The notes beneath the pieces were generated by a model. It did no database searches, was not told where the DNA came from, and saw nothing but the letters and a program-made list of their open reading frames with translations. Positions 38,620 to 47,614 of a stretch of 64,000 bases of DNA are shown in pieces (within the stretch, counting starts at the first letter, position 1; the number at the start of each line of letters is the position of its first letter). The stretch comes from Drouetiella hepatica Uher 2000/2452 (GTDB lineage: Bacteria; Cyanobacteriota; Cyanobacteriia; Elainellales; Elainellaceae), in assembly GCA_019359505.1 (NCBI GenBank), contig JAHHHD010000019.1, positions 1-64,000 of the forward strand, in the 5' to 3' direction. The position numbers were made by a program, and so were the translations under genes.

Positions 38620-39048
38620 ATGATAAAAAACAAAGAAAGTGTACGTATTAAGGCAACACAGTCAGACAAACAAGAAACGCTCGTTAAAACACTTAAAGAA
38701 CGAGATTTATTTAGATTCTATGGTACGGAACAATATTTTAAGCACTGGCTTGGAATATATATATATACAGATGGAATTAAATACTTAGCTGAGCATGGTA
38801 AAGCTCATTGGCTTATTGATGAAATAGTTTTTTACCAAAAAGACTTAAGAATCAAAAATGATGAAATGCTTCAAAGTATTCAATTTTGGAATTTAATTGT
38901 GAACAAAGACTCAACAGCAGAATTAATATGTGAAAGAGACGAGGGAGACGTAGCGTTAAAGAAGGATATTGATTATACAGACTTTCCTTTAGAAAAAGTT
39001 ACTATTTACGTTCAAGAAAATGTAATTTTACTTCCTAGTGAATACTAA
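38620..39048 (+). CDS. Hypothetical protein in the AT-rich ardA island
   Basis: ORF of 142 aa with a compositionally consistent reading frame. Confidence 0.4.
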   Translation: MIKNKESVRIKATQSDKQETLVKTLKERDLFRFYGTEQYFKHWLGIYIYTDGIKYLAEHGKAHWLIDEIVFYQKDLRIKNDEMLQSIQFWNLIVNKDSTAELICERDEGDVALKKDIDYTDFPLEKVTIYVQENVILLPSEY

Positions 39049-39107
39049 CTTACATAAATAATATAAACAAAATAATTTTAATATCACTTTCTACACACAC
39101 CGCGAAA

Positions 39108-39181
39108 GAGTTATTAACAGGGCTAAAGGCTTACGAGGCTTTTAATTGCCTCTCCAGCCTAAAGCCCTGTTAATAACTCTA
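39108..39181. promoter_or_regulatory. Large nested hairpin: a 24-bp perfect stem (agagttattaacagggctaaaggc / gcctaaagccctgttaataactct) whose loop contains a second small hairpin gaggc-ttttaatt-gcctc
   Basis: Read directly from the sequence. It lies between two genes of the ardA island, upstream of the cacccatgcagcaaagctg motif and the tgcatatac-aaaa-gtatatgca palindrome. Confidence 0.6.
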
Positions 39182-39298
39182 ACGCTCCTGCACTTGTAAC
39201 GCACACAGCAGCAATACACCCATGCAGCAAAGCTGCCTTTGTGCATATACAAAAGTATATGCATTTTACAAAAACAAAAAAAATTACAAGGAAACACA

Positions 39299-39577
39299 AT
39301 GAACACAGAAACTACAGAAACTATAGAGGAATTCATCCCAAACAAACCATTTCTAGTACAGAACATAAACTTCTTATCAGCTTCAGAGCTTATGGAAGAA
39401 GTTCAAAAAAGAGACTTCCTAATCGGCAGTTTATACGAGCAAGTCGAAGAAGGGAAAAACCAGTATGAATTTTCAAGCGAGAAAATGTACATACAGTACA
39501 AAAAGTATCTATTATTAAATACTCTGTACTTCATTTCAATTTTTACTCTTTTTCTGCTCTTAGAAGGCGGCTCTTAA
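39299..39577 (+). CDS. Small hypothetical protein with a C-terminal hydrophobic segment
   Basis: The start MNTETTE is preceded by an aagga RBS. The longer ORF-track start at 39239 is unlikely. Confidence 0.35.
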   Translation: MNTETTETIEEFIPNKPFLVQNINFLSASELMEEVQKRDFLIGSLYEQVEEGKNQYEFSSEKMYIQYKKYLLLNTLYFISIFTLFLLLEGGS

Positions 39578-39863
39578 TTAATCAAATAATTTATTTTTTA
39601 CCTGAAAAAAAGCTTGATTTTATTAAGAATTTCAGGTACTTTATTTCTTCACACCCATGCACCCAAGTAGATACAAAATCAACCAAGTGCATATACGAAA
39701 CCATTACACAGCAAGCTCTTTTCCTGGTATACACATTCGATCGCCCCAGTAACTACCCAGGTTAACCACCATCTTCCAACTACTTCCAATACACACAAAA
39801 ACTAACCTGTAACAAGTAAAATGCTTTAGCTATAAGGTTATTTTCTTAAGGCAGAATCCGATC

Positions 39864-40202
39864 GTGTCTAAAAACAACCAAAAGCGACCATGCGGGGGTA
39901 GGACTAAAAGGGCAAACTACAAAACGGTAGTGATCCGAGTGCCGGTTCCGTTAAAAGCTCAGGTAGAAGGGCTGATTTCTGCCTTCCATGAAGAGAACGA
40001 TCGCTATTTGGCTCTACCTATCGCCGGCTCCTGGTGGGAAGTGCTAGGGGTGTCTCCTGGTGCGTCTGTTGATGAAGTGAAGCAGTCTTATCGATCGCTT
40101 GCTCGTCTGTATCATCCAGATAGCAACAAGCGGAGAGACGCGGAAGCAAGATTTGCTGCTCTCAATGAGGCTTACAGAGCTTTCCAGGCAGGTAACAGCT
40201 AA
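39864..40202 (+). CDS. J-domain (DnaJ-like) protein
   Basis: WEVLGVSPGASVDEVKQSYRSLARLYHPDSN carries the HPD motif. Confidence 0.8.
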   Translation: MSKNNQKRPCGGRTKRANYKTVVIRVPVPLKAQVEGLISAFHEENDRYLALPIAGSWWEVLGVSPGASVDEVKQSYRSLARLYHPDSNKRRDAEARFAALNEAYRAFQAGNS

Positions 40203-40483
40203 GAAAGGATGATTAGGTTAGGCAATACGCCTGTAGGAGCTGCTGCTCCTCTTAAGAGACCTTCAGAGCTTAAATCCTCGTCGATCGCTTCCCAGTGAAT
40301 GCCATAACCACCACCGCACACTTGCCACTGTTGCCTTTGCTCCTCAGTTGCATTCATAAGCCTTGGATACCAAACAAGGGGAACGGTTATGGTGCGTCCG
40401 TCCATTAGTGACACGCTTAAAGTGTCTTCAGAAAGTTTTACATCGGTGATTCTTTCATCTGATGCTGGAGCCAAAATACCCAT
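40199..40483 (-). CDS. DUF2442-family protein
   Basis: VPLVWYPRL...GIHWEAIDEDLSSEGLL matches the DUF2442 profile. It overlaps and pairs with a DUF4160 gene. Confidence 0.7.
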   Translation of the reverse strand: MGILAPASDERITDVKLSEDTLSVSLMDGRTITVPLVWYPRLMNATEEQRQQWQVCGGGYGIHWEAIDEDLSSEGLLRGAAAPTGVLPNLIILS

Positions 40484-40700
40484 ACCATCCTTCTAATAAA
40501 GTCTTTTTATGTTCGTTGACCAGTTTTGTGAGTGTCATCAGCTCTGTAGGGCTAAATCCATTACTACGTGCAAGTTGAATAGATTTCAACCAGAACTTTG
40601 CAGAGTTATTATCTCTATCAATATGTATATGAGGAGGTTCGCTACCTTCGTGACTATAAAAGTAGAATCTGTACGCTCCTATTCTAAGAATCGTCGGCAT
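40455..40700 (-). CDS. DUF4160-family protein
   Basis: MPTILRIGAYRFYFYSHEGSEPPHIHI...AKFWL matches the family profile. Confidence 0.75.
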   Translation of the reverse strand: MPTILRIGAYRFYFYSHEGSEPPHIHIDRDNNSAKFWLKSIQLARSNGFSPTELMTLTKLVNEHKKTLLEGWYGYFGSSIR

Positions 40701-40884
40701 GAATTCTTATCTACATGAATTTATGCCAGTTGTCACGGGCTTTTTTTAGGAAGGATTTGAAAACTCAAAGTATTTTTTTAGCCATGTTCCTTGACTAGCT
40801 TAAAGAGATCAGTAAATTGAGGACTTAAAAAACAGCTTTAGGGGGCGACACTGCTTTACCTGGAGTTTCTTTGAGTGGAATTTT

Positions 40885-41361
40885 ATGGCGATTGAAGAAG
40901 ACAGTAGAAATTTGAATCAAAATGCTGGGATTGGTGAGCAGCCTGACCTTTCACAAAGCTTTGCTCCTAGAGAGGAAAGTGCAGTCTTAAACCAGGGTCA
41001 ACTCAATCAAGGAGAAGTTATCTTCCAGATAAAACAAGACCTAACTTTGCTTTTAGAGTCGTTAGGGATAATGAGAGAAAAATTTAAGATTGTAAGCAAT
41101 ATTGTAAATCAGCAATCAATGGAGGAAACAGAATTTCCTGCTGGCACTTCTACAAAAGGAGAGAAAAGTCTTGCTGATTTATTAGATGATTGTGCAGCAG
41201 ACATGAGAGATGTGATGATTGAGTTGATTGGCGAATCTGTCGAAAAGACCGGAGCAAGAGATTTATATGAAGCGGTAACGGAAATGGAAACTGCTTTTCA
41301 AACAACTGTTCGTTTACAACAACTAGCAGAAACCCTTTATGACGAAAATATTAATCACTAA
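40885..41361 (+). CDS. Hypothetical acidic protein; its N-terminal motif is shared with the 41581 ORF
   Basis: NLNQNAGIGEQPDLSQSFAP here compares with NLDQGEKLSGAVPDLSQSSLP in the next gene. Confidence 0.4.
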   Translation: MAIEEDSRNLNQNAGIGEQPDLSQSFAPREESAVLNQGQLNQGEVIFQIKQDLTLLLESLGIMREKFKIVSNIVNQQSMEETEFPAGTSTKGEKSLADLLDDCAADMRDVMIELIGESVEKTGARDLYEAVTEMETAFQTTVRLQQLAETLYDENINH

Positions 41362-41580
41362 AGATGAACACGCCAAGTAAAGTATTTGACCGTCTATAAA
41401 GGCAAGGATCTCTATCGCTGTTCTAGAGATGACTTCACTAAGAGGACGATCGCACTTTAAGAGTGGTGTGGTGGGCTGTTAGGCTATCCCAGTGCAGTGA
41501 AATTAGCTGAACCATTTCCTTGACTATGCAAGAGATTTAGGTAGGCTTAAAGGCTCAAATATTAGCTCCTGAAAGCAGAT

Positions 41581-42327
41581 GTGCTTTGCGGGAGTTTTTT
41601 TATGTGGGGATTTGTGACGATCGAGGGAGATAAGAGAGGGCAAGAAAATTTAGATCAAGGTGAAAAACTGTCTGGGGCAGTACCTGACCTCTCACAATCT
41701 TCTTTACCATTAAATGAGATCAGCATAGATCAAGGAGAAGCTCATACTGCTGTACTTGATCGACAGACTTCTCTAACCCTGCTAGGTTCACTAGCTGGAG
41801 CGGATCGAATACAAAGAGAAGCAGAAGCCAGTAGTCTTGTCTGTAAGATTCTAGGGGATACTGAGTACGGCATAGAGATAGCAGGGGGATATTTAGCTCA
41901 TCATCCTGAGATTGCGGTTTCAGAGCTGCTCTCTAAAATTCAAGAAAAAATGAGTCAGGTGGGAGGAGGGCGATCAGGATCTAGTCTTGAGGGTAATTTG
42001 GAGGAAAGTTCCTCTGTTTTAGAAAGTACTTATGCTCTACTCGAATGCAGTTGGGAGAAGCTCGATTCTCCTACCCAAGAGATTGCCATCTTCATAGGGC
42101 ATCTTCCTCCCCACACAGATATTGCTTGGACAGTTGTAGAATTAATGAAGCAGATCGAACTAGAAGAGAATTCCGAAACTGACAGCGTTAATTTAATTAA
42201 TCTTGATAGAAGCAAAGAAAAGCTTATTCACTTAAATCTACTAAAACCAGTTGAAGATGAGAAGTATAGTATGCACTTAAATATTCGTAAATTCTTCCTC
42301 GATAAAGCATCTAATTTAGAAGTTTAA
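41581..42327 (+). CDS. Hypothetical protein; its C-terminal ~95 aa duplicate the C-terminus of the NB-ARC protein encoded on the opposite strand
   Basis: SWEKLDSPTQEIAIFIGHLPPHTDIAWTVVELMKQIELEENSE... compares with TWKILDSETQEIAIFIGHLPPRTDIAWTVVELMKQIELEENSA... in the 44020-45372 ORF. Confidence 0.5.
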   Translation: MLCGSFFMWGFVTIEGDKRGQENLDQGEKLSGAVPDLSQSSLPLNEISIDQGEAHTAVLDRQTSLTLLGSLAGADRIQREAEASSLVCKILGDTEYGIEIAGGYLAHHPEIAVSELLSKIQEKMSQVGGGRSGSSLEGNLEESSSVLESTYALLECSWEKLDSPTQEIAIFIGHLPPHTDIAWTVVELMKQIELEENSETDSVNLINLDRSKEKLIHLNLLKPVEDEKYSMHLNIRKFFLDKASNLEV

Positions 42328-42332
42328 TATCT

Positions 42333-44027
42333 TTATTCTATTGATAATTTGTCTCTATCAATTTCATCAAACACATGGCTCTGGAGATCAGTATCTAAAT
42401 CGTTTTCATCAAAATCATTGCTCTTGAGAGCTGCAAAGAATTCAGTTAAGTACTCTGCATAGTCGAATTTATATTCAATACTTTTCTTATTTAAGTCTTT
42501 CAAACGATTGTTAAGGGAATTCGTCCTGAAAGACTCATATAGTGTAGTTTCTCTAAAACGAGTAACGGCAGCGTATAAATGAGAATACTCACGTAGTGCT
42601 CTTTTCAGGTTATAAGCTATTGGTGTAGCGTTTTCTTTCAAAAACCTCAAAGTACTTAGCCTCATAACAGCAATGGTAAAGTCAGGATGTATATAATACA
42701 ATAAAGTTCTGATCGCTGTTTCAAAGTAAGATGCTGAGTAAAAATACAACATCTCTATTTCATATAAAATCTCATATATCTGAAGAGTATCGGCAGTTTG
42801 AAGTTTTTTAGTTTCTCGACTAGCCAGATCATAAAGCAACCTCCCAAATAGAGTATAAAAATATGGGAAACCTCCATACTCTGTATCTACACCTTCTGTA
42901 ATTCTTTTATAAGCTTCCTCATAATAAGCTTTAGCAATATCCAGGTCTCCTTTATATTGAGCTATGAGTCCTTCTGTAAAAGGATTTTCAAACCCATACA
43001 TTCTTCTCAAATCATCATAATAATCTAGCTCCTTACGTATAGATAATTCTTGTGCTTCTGCAAAAAAGAACATTCCATATCGATCCGCCATTAGGGCGGA
43101 TATCTTCAATTGGTCAAAATGCTCAAAAAGAATACTCGGAGGCTTAGGTGCATATATGTAAAATAATCTATATGATTTTGCTAAGTAATTAACAGCGGCA
43201 CTAAAACGCATTTTCCGTATGAGAAACTTTCCAAATTGGAAGCAAACCATTCTTTCCTGATCGTTCCCAAAAGGGAGATCTAAATGTTGGTATATCTCAT
43301 AAGTTTTATTAAAGACCTCCATTAGTTCTGGTTGAGTAACCTCCGGTTCGACTTTTTTTAGCTCATTAAGGGCATCTGAAAAATTATTTAGAACTTGTCG
43401 ATAACTCAAATCTTCGTCTGTATCCAACTGAGCTAAAAAAAGATATGCGTTTGCTCTGATAAGTCCAAGAGTAGGGATATCTTCTGATGGGCTTATGTGC
43501 TTCAAATGTAGTATAGCTAAAGACAGAATTTTCCTAGCTGTATAATATTTTTTCCTGATTTTATAGTACAGTCCAAGGTAGCTCAGGCAAACGAGATATT
43601 GGATGGAATTTTTAAGTCCACCTTTGACATAAATACGTATGCCTTGAGTGCATAACTGTTTTGCTTCCTCATTATGCTCTCTTGCAAAGTAAAGCCCAAT
43701 TAATTTTGTCGATAGATGGTTGAAACTTTGTAAATAGAAAGGCTCATTTTTTTGAAGCAGTGATAACCCCTTCTTCAAATAATGAACTGCGTCATCGTCT
43801 CTGTCATAGTCTTCATAATGGCAGCCTAAGAGATGCCCCAAGAATGAAACTTCTAAATTAGTTAAAAGGTGACTAAAATCTGAGAAATAATAATTTATGT
43901 CTTCTATAAAAGGAGAAATATGTAAGAAAGCAAACCGAGCCTGGCTCGTCCATAATCTCTTAGGCACCTGCGAACATTTACGTACAAATGCCTTTATCGC
44001 AAGTTTGTACACTTTATCATTACTCAT
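42333..44027 (-). CDS. TPR-repeat protein (sensor/scaffold module of a STAND system)
   Basis: Repeated A/Y/L-rich helical repeats typical of TPR run through the protein. The start ATG overlaps the stop of the upstream NB-ARC gene (ATGAGTAA overlap). Confidence 0.6.
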   Translation of the reverse strand: MSNDKVYKLAIKAFVRKCSQVPKRLWTSQARFAFLHISPFIEDINYYFSDFSHLLTNLEVSFLGHLLGCHYEDYDRDDDAVHYLKKGLSLLQKNEPFYLQSFNHLSTKLIGLYFAREHNEEAKQLCTQGIRIYVKGGLKNSIQYLVCLSYLGLYYKIRKKYYTARKILSLAILHLKHISPSEDIPTLGLIRANAYLFLAQLDTDEDLSYRQVLNNFSDALNELKKVEPEVTQPELMEVFNKTYEIYQHLDLPFGNDQERMVCFQFGKFLIRKMRFSAAVNYLAKSYRLFYIYAPKPPSILFEHFDQLKISALMADRYGMFFFAEAQELSIRKELDYYDDLRRMYGFENPFTEGLIAQYKGDLDIAKAYYEEAYKRITEGVDTEYGGFPYFYTLFGRLLYDLASRETKKLQTADTLQIYEILYEIEMLYFYSASYFETAIRTLLYYIHPDFTIAVMRLSTLRFLKENATPIAYNLKRALREYSHLYAAVTRFRETTLYESFRTNSLNNRLKDLNKKSIEYKFDYAEYLTEFFAALKSNDFDENDLDTDLQSHVFDEIDRDKLSIE

Positions 44028-45372
44028 AATCTTGATTAGACACTTTATTTCGGAAAAACTCGCGAAGTAATGGATGAAGCCGATAAGTTAAATCTTTAAC
44101 TGGTTTTAGTAAATTCAAGCTAATAAATTTACTCCTACTTTTATCAAGATTAACAAGTTCATCAGTGTTTATTGCAGAATTTTCTTCTAGTTCGATCTGC
44201 TTCATTAATTCTACAACTGTCCAAGCAATATCTGTTCGGGGTGGAAGATGCCCTATAAAGATGGCAATCTCTTGGGTCTCTGAATCAAGAATCTTCCAAG
44301 TTAATTCAAAAGCAGCATCGAGACCTCTACGTGCAGTAAGAGACCAATTAGGATTTTGCTGGAAATCTCCCTGAAAAGCTTCATGATGAAGGGCTTCTTT
44401 CCTGGAGGCAAATTCTTTTAATTGGGATAGAAGAAGTGAGGTTGGAATGCCAGACTCAATCGCTAAATATCTCCCTGCCAACTCAATCCCTAATGGCAGG
44501 TCTCCAAGAAATTCACACAGTTCTTGTGAGAGTGGATCGTCATAGAAAATGGTTTCATTTTCTGACAACCATTTAAGAAGTTCTATTGAATCAATTCGGT
44601 CAAGCACATCTAAATCAAAAAATATAAATGGATCTCTAAGTTTCAAACGAGTTGTAACTACAACCTTAAAACGATTATCACTAAATAATTCAAGAAAAGA
44701 CTTAATTTCTTCGTATTTTTCAATATCATCAAAAATGATAAGAACATTACCCTTAGTCCAATTATCTATACAAAACTGAACCTGATCAGAAGTGCTCAGA
44801 GGAATATTTAGCTTAAGCTTATTTTTAGAGAAAGATATAATCTGGGAAGCGATGCTTAGTTGATTTGAATCATCTGTTCTTACAGAAATCCAGCAAATAC
44901 CCCCAGGATAGTGCTGAAAGTATTTTTTGGCATATTGGATAGAAAACTCAGTTTTGCCAACTCCGCCCATACCGGATACTGCAACCCTCATCCTCCCTGG
45001 CTTTTGAAGTTCGGCGTGTAATTTCTTAAGTCTGTCGTCTCGTCCAAAGAAACCACCATCTCGAACCCCGCTTTCCAAAACGTTATGTGGTGGTTCAGAA
45101 AAGGAATGCTCAGGCTCTACTTCCTGTTCATCGCCCCAGTCCACTATAGACTCCCAATCTGTAATACCTAATTTTTCGCAGATAGCCAGAAATTTCTTAG
45201 CATCAACAGGCTCTCCCTTGAAAAACTGCCTTACTGCGTCCTTACGGGCATTTGGAGAGTCAGTTATGAAAGCTTCTAGGGTAGGGTACAACCTCTCTCG
45301 AAGACGAATGACAAAATCTAGCTTGCCCTTGCGAACAGAATACTTAGTCCTGTGGCGAGTCTGCTTGGTCAT
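44020..45372 (-). CDS. NB-ARC/STAND P-loop NTPase with N-terminal HTH-like region
   Basis: Walker A is VAVSGMGGVGKTEF, Walker B is LIIFDDIE, and VVVTTR is present. The gene is followed by a translationally coupled TPR gene. Confidence 0.7.
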   Translation of the reverse strand: MTKQTRHRTKYSVRKGKLDFVIRLRERLYPTLEAFITDSPNARKDAVRQFFKGEPVDAKKFLAICEKLGITDWESIVDWGDEQEVEPEHSFSEPPHNVLESGVRDGGFFGRDDRLKKLHAELQKPGRMRVAVSGMGGVGKTEFSIQYAKKYFQHYPGGICWISVRTDDSNQLSIASQIISFSKNKLKLNIPLSTSDQVQFCIDNWTKGNVLIIFDDIEKYEEIKSFLELFSDNRFKVVVTTRLKLRDPFIFFDLDVLDRIDSIELLKWLSENETIFYDDPLSQELCEFLGDLPLGIELAGRYLAIESGIPTSLLLSQLKEFASRKEALHHEAFQGDFQQNPNWSLTARRGLDAAFELTWKILDSETQEIAIFIGHLPPRTDIAWTVVELMKQIELEENSAINTDELVNLDKSRSKFISLNLLKPVKDLTYRLHPLLREFFRNKVSNQDYE

Positions 45373-45848
45373 GTTATGAGTGCCAACTCTTTTTAAGAGT
45401 ATACATTAGGTTTTTTGCTTAAATCCGACATAAATCCGACTTAGCTGGAATCTCCGCCTTAAAACAGTTTTCAGTCAGGTATTTTGCAAATTTACCAATG
45501 TTACTCTTCCTTTTAGTGAAGGAGCCTTTGGTAATACCAAAGACCTATCCACCAACCTAAGTCACTCCCAACCGCCCAAACCAACCCGTTAGCCTGGAGA
45601 GCGATCGCACATCCTGGCACAGGGTTCTTGTAACCAAAAATCAAGGAGGTGAGCAGCCCACTATGCATAACGGTCACTTTGACCAACCAGGGGAAAGGAA
45701 ACCATAGAGAGAGAAGAGATTAGGGAAAGAGAGATTCAAAACGCAAGGCTAGATATGTTTTGGCGACCAGATCTAGCGTTAAAACGTTGAAAAACCTCCT
45801 CTCTTTCCCTAAAAAAGCTTAAACCACATTTATTAGGAGAATTGTAAG

Positions 45849-46118
45849 ATGCCACCTACCAAACTGGCAATTGCTGGAGCAGACAAGCCTCAAAGGTACT
45901 CAGCCTTCTCTGAATTTACCTTTAACCAGAAGATGCTTTTAGCCGAGCTTATTCTGGAAAGCCTTAGAACTGGGCAGTCAACTGAAGAAAGCTTAGAGAC
46001 TCTTGATCCGGATGCAACCCTTTCGGAAGAAGGGGAAACGTTTATCAATCTTCATGCAGACGAACCTATTGATGGAGCGATCGGAGTTGTCCAGGCTCTT
46101 ATACTTTCACTCCGCTAG
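45849..46118 (+). CDS. Hypothetical protein
   Basis: ORF only. Confidence 0.3.
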   Translation: MPPTKLAIAGADKPQRYSAFSEFTFNQKMLLAELILESLRTGQSTEESLETLDPDATLSEEGETFINLHADEPIDGAIGVVQALILSLR

Positions 46119-46163
46119 TCACAACACTAAAAGCAAACCATATCCACAAGGAAGAACTGATTC

Positions 46164-46472
46164 ATGACTACACCCACAATGACCACTCGACAGCCCTCAG
46201 CCGTGCAAGAGATCGTGTCGGCTGCTGACCAGGCAAGCAAACTAATTGAAAGTCTACCTGCCTGCTCAAGTCTGACTAAAGACCGAAAACTTCTTCTATT
46301 AGAAGCAACGGCAAGAAAAATACGCCTGGGGCTATCGCTTGAAGAAGCCCTTAAGGGGGTTGAACCAATGGCTGAATATGTGCCTGTTGAAGTTGAAAGT
46401 CTGATATTTCCTGCTCAGACCGATTCAAATACGATGCTTGGGCTTCTTTTTGCCCTCGTATTATCTATCTAA
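46164..46472 (+). CDS. Hypothetical protein
   Basis: ORF only. Confidence 0.3.
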   Translation: MTTPTMTTRQPSAVQEIVSAADQASKLIESLPACSSLTKDRKLLLLEATARKIRLGLSLEEALKGVEPMAEYVPVEVESLIFPAQTDSNTMLGLLFALVLSI

Positions 46473-46588
46473 TTGCCACTAGGATAAAACGCTTAAAAAA
46501 GGAGCCAAGACTTCCATAAGCCCCTTGGCTCCCTCAACTTAACTGTTAAACCATACATAGCTCTTCCAAGCAAAGGACAGTCACTCAA

Positions 46589-46837
46589 ATGAACAATATC
46601 GACCTAAGAAAACGCATGGTTCTGTTTGTTTTAGGCATGGGCTTAATCGGTGGAGCATTAGGCTATGCCGTAGGCTGTAAAGATGGTGCTTCTTGCAAAC
46701 TTAATCCAACATTACGCTTAGTAGCCATAGCTCAAGGAGCTGGTGCTGGCTGCGGTGCCGCAATTGGTGCAAGCCTGCCTGCCTTACTCTCCTCAAATGC
46801 TTCTGAATCAAATAGGAGAAAAAAAGGCACTAAATGA
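46589..46837 (+). CDS. Small Gly/Ala-rich membrane protein
   Basis: A hydrophobic N-terminal segment is followed by a GAGAGCGAAIGA stretch. A decayed tandem copy lies at 46935-47215. Confidence 0.4.
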   Translation: MNNIDLRKRMVLFVLGMGLIGGALGYAVGCKDGASCKLNPTLRLVAIAQGAGAGCGAAIGASLPALLSSNASESNRRKKGTK

Positions 46838-46934
46838 TACCTCTTAAGCGATAAAGGCAATCGCCAGGTCATCACACATGATCTTTTTACTCAATCTAGT
46901 TCTGTAGATACAGCACTCCAAAAAAACTAGAAAG

Positions 46935-47215
46935 ATAACAAAGCAAAGGACTGTCACTCAAATGATCGATATCGACCAAAGAAAATGAATAATTCTATTC
47001 ATTTTAGTTACAGGGCTAGTAGGTGCGTCGTTATTCTTAGCCATACGCTGCAAAAATAGTGCCTCTTGCAAACATAATCCAACATCTTGTGCAAGCCTTA
47101 ATGCCTTAAAACCTGCAAAGGCTTCTGAACTAAATAGGAGAAGGAAAAAGGCAGTAGATGATATCTCTTAAGCGATAGCGGAAGCTTATCGCCAGGTCAT
47201 CACATACGGTCTTTT
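46935..47215 (+). pseudogene. Degenerate tandem duplicate of the 46545-46900 segment (truncated copy of the small membrane-protein gene, MIDIDQRK-stop)
   Basis: DNA-level similarity of both flanks (caaaggac[a/t]gtcactcaaatga... and ...atcgccaggtcatcaca...cagcactccaaaaaaa) with the coding part disrupted. Confidence 0.6.
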
Positions 47216-47227
47216 CTGCTCAATTTA

Positions 47228-47614
47228 GTGCTGTATATACAGCACTCCAAAAAAATGAGAAGCAAGCAGATAGAAACTATTAGTTTCAAACTAGATGAGC
47301 AAACAACCGACAAGCTTAAAGCAATAGCTCTTCAAAGCAACATATCTCATCACGGAGCAGCAAGGGCAATTATTATAACTGCCCTTTGCTCCTCGCCGGC
47401 TGAAGCTAGCACAACTTCTCTTCCAGGTGCATCAGGTGAACTAAAAGCTGACCTGTCTTACCTCAACTCGCACTTAGAGCAGATAACCTCTGCTCTAGCC
47501 GCTCAGAGTAAATTCTCAAGCCTTCTAGCAATCTTGCTACTTGTGAATATGGGGGTAGCTTCCGAGGAAGCAGAAAATGCCGTTTCAGAGCTTCTGGAGG
47601 CAAGCAGATGGTAG
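47228..47614 (+). CDS. MobC-like relaxosome accessory protein (second copy)
   Basis: Paralogous to the 6073 ORF and sits immediately upstream of the second relaxase. Confidence 0.5.
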   Translation: MLYIQHSKKMRSKQIETISFKLDEQTTDKLKAIALQSNISHHGAARAIIITALCSSPAEASTTSLPGASGELKADLSYLNSHLEQITSALAAQSKFSSLLAILLLVNMGVASEEAENAVSELLEASRW

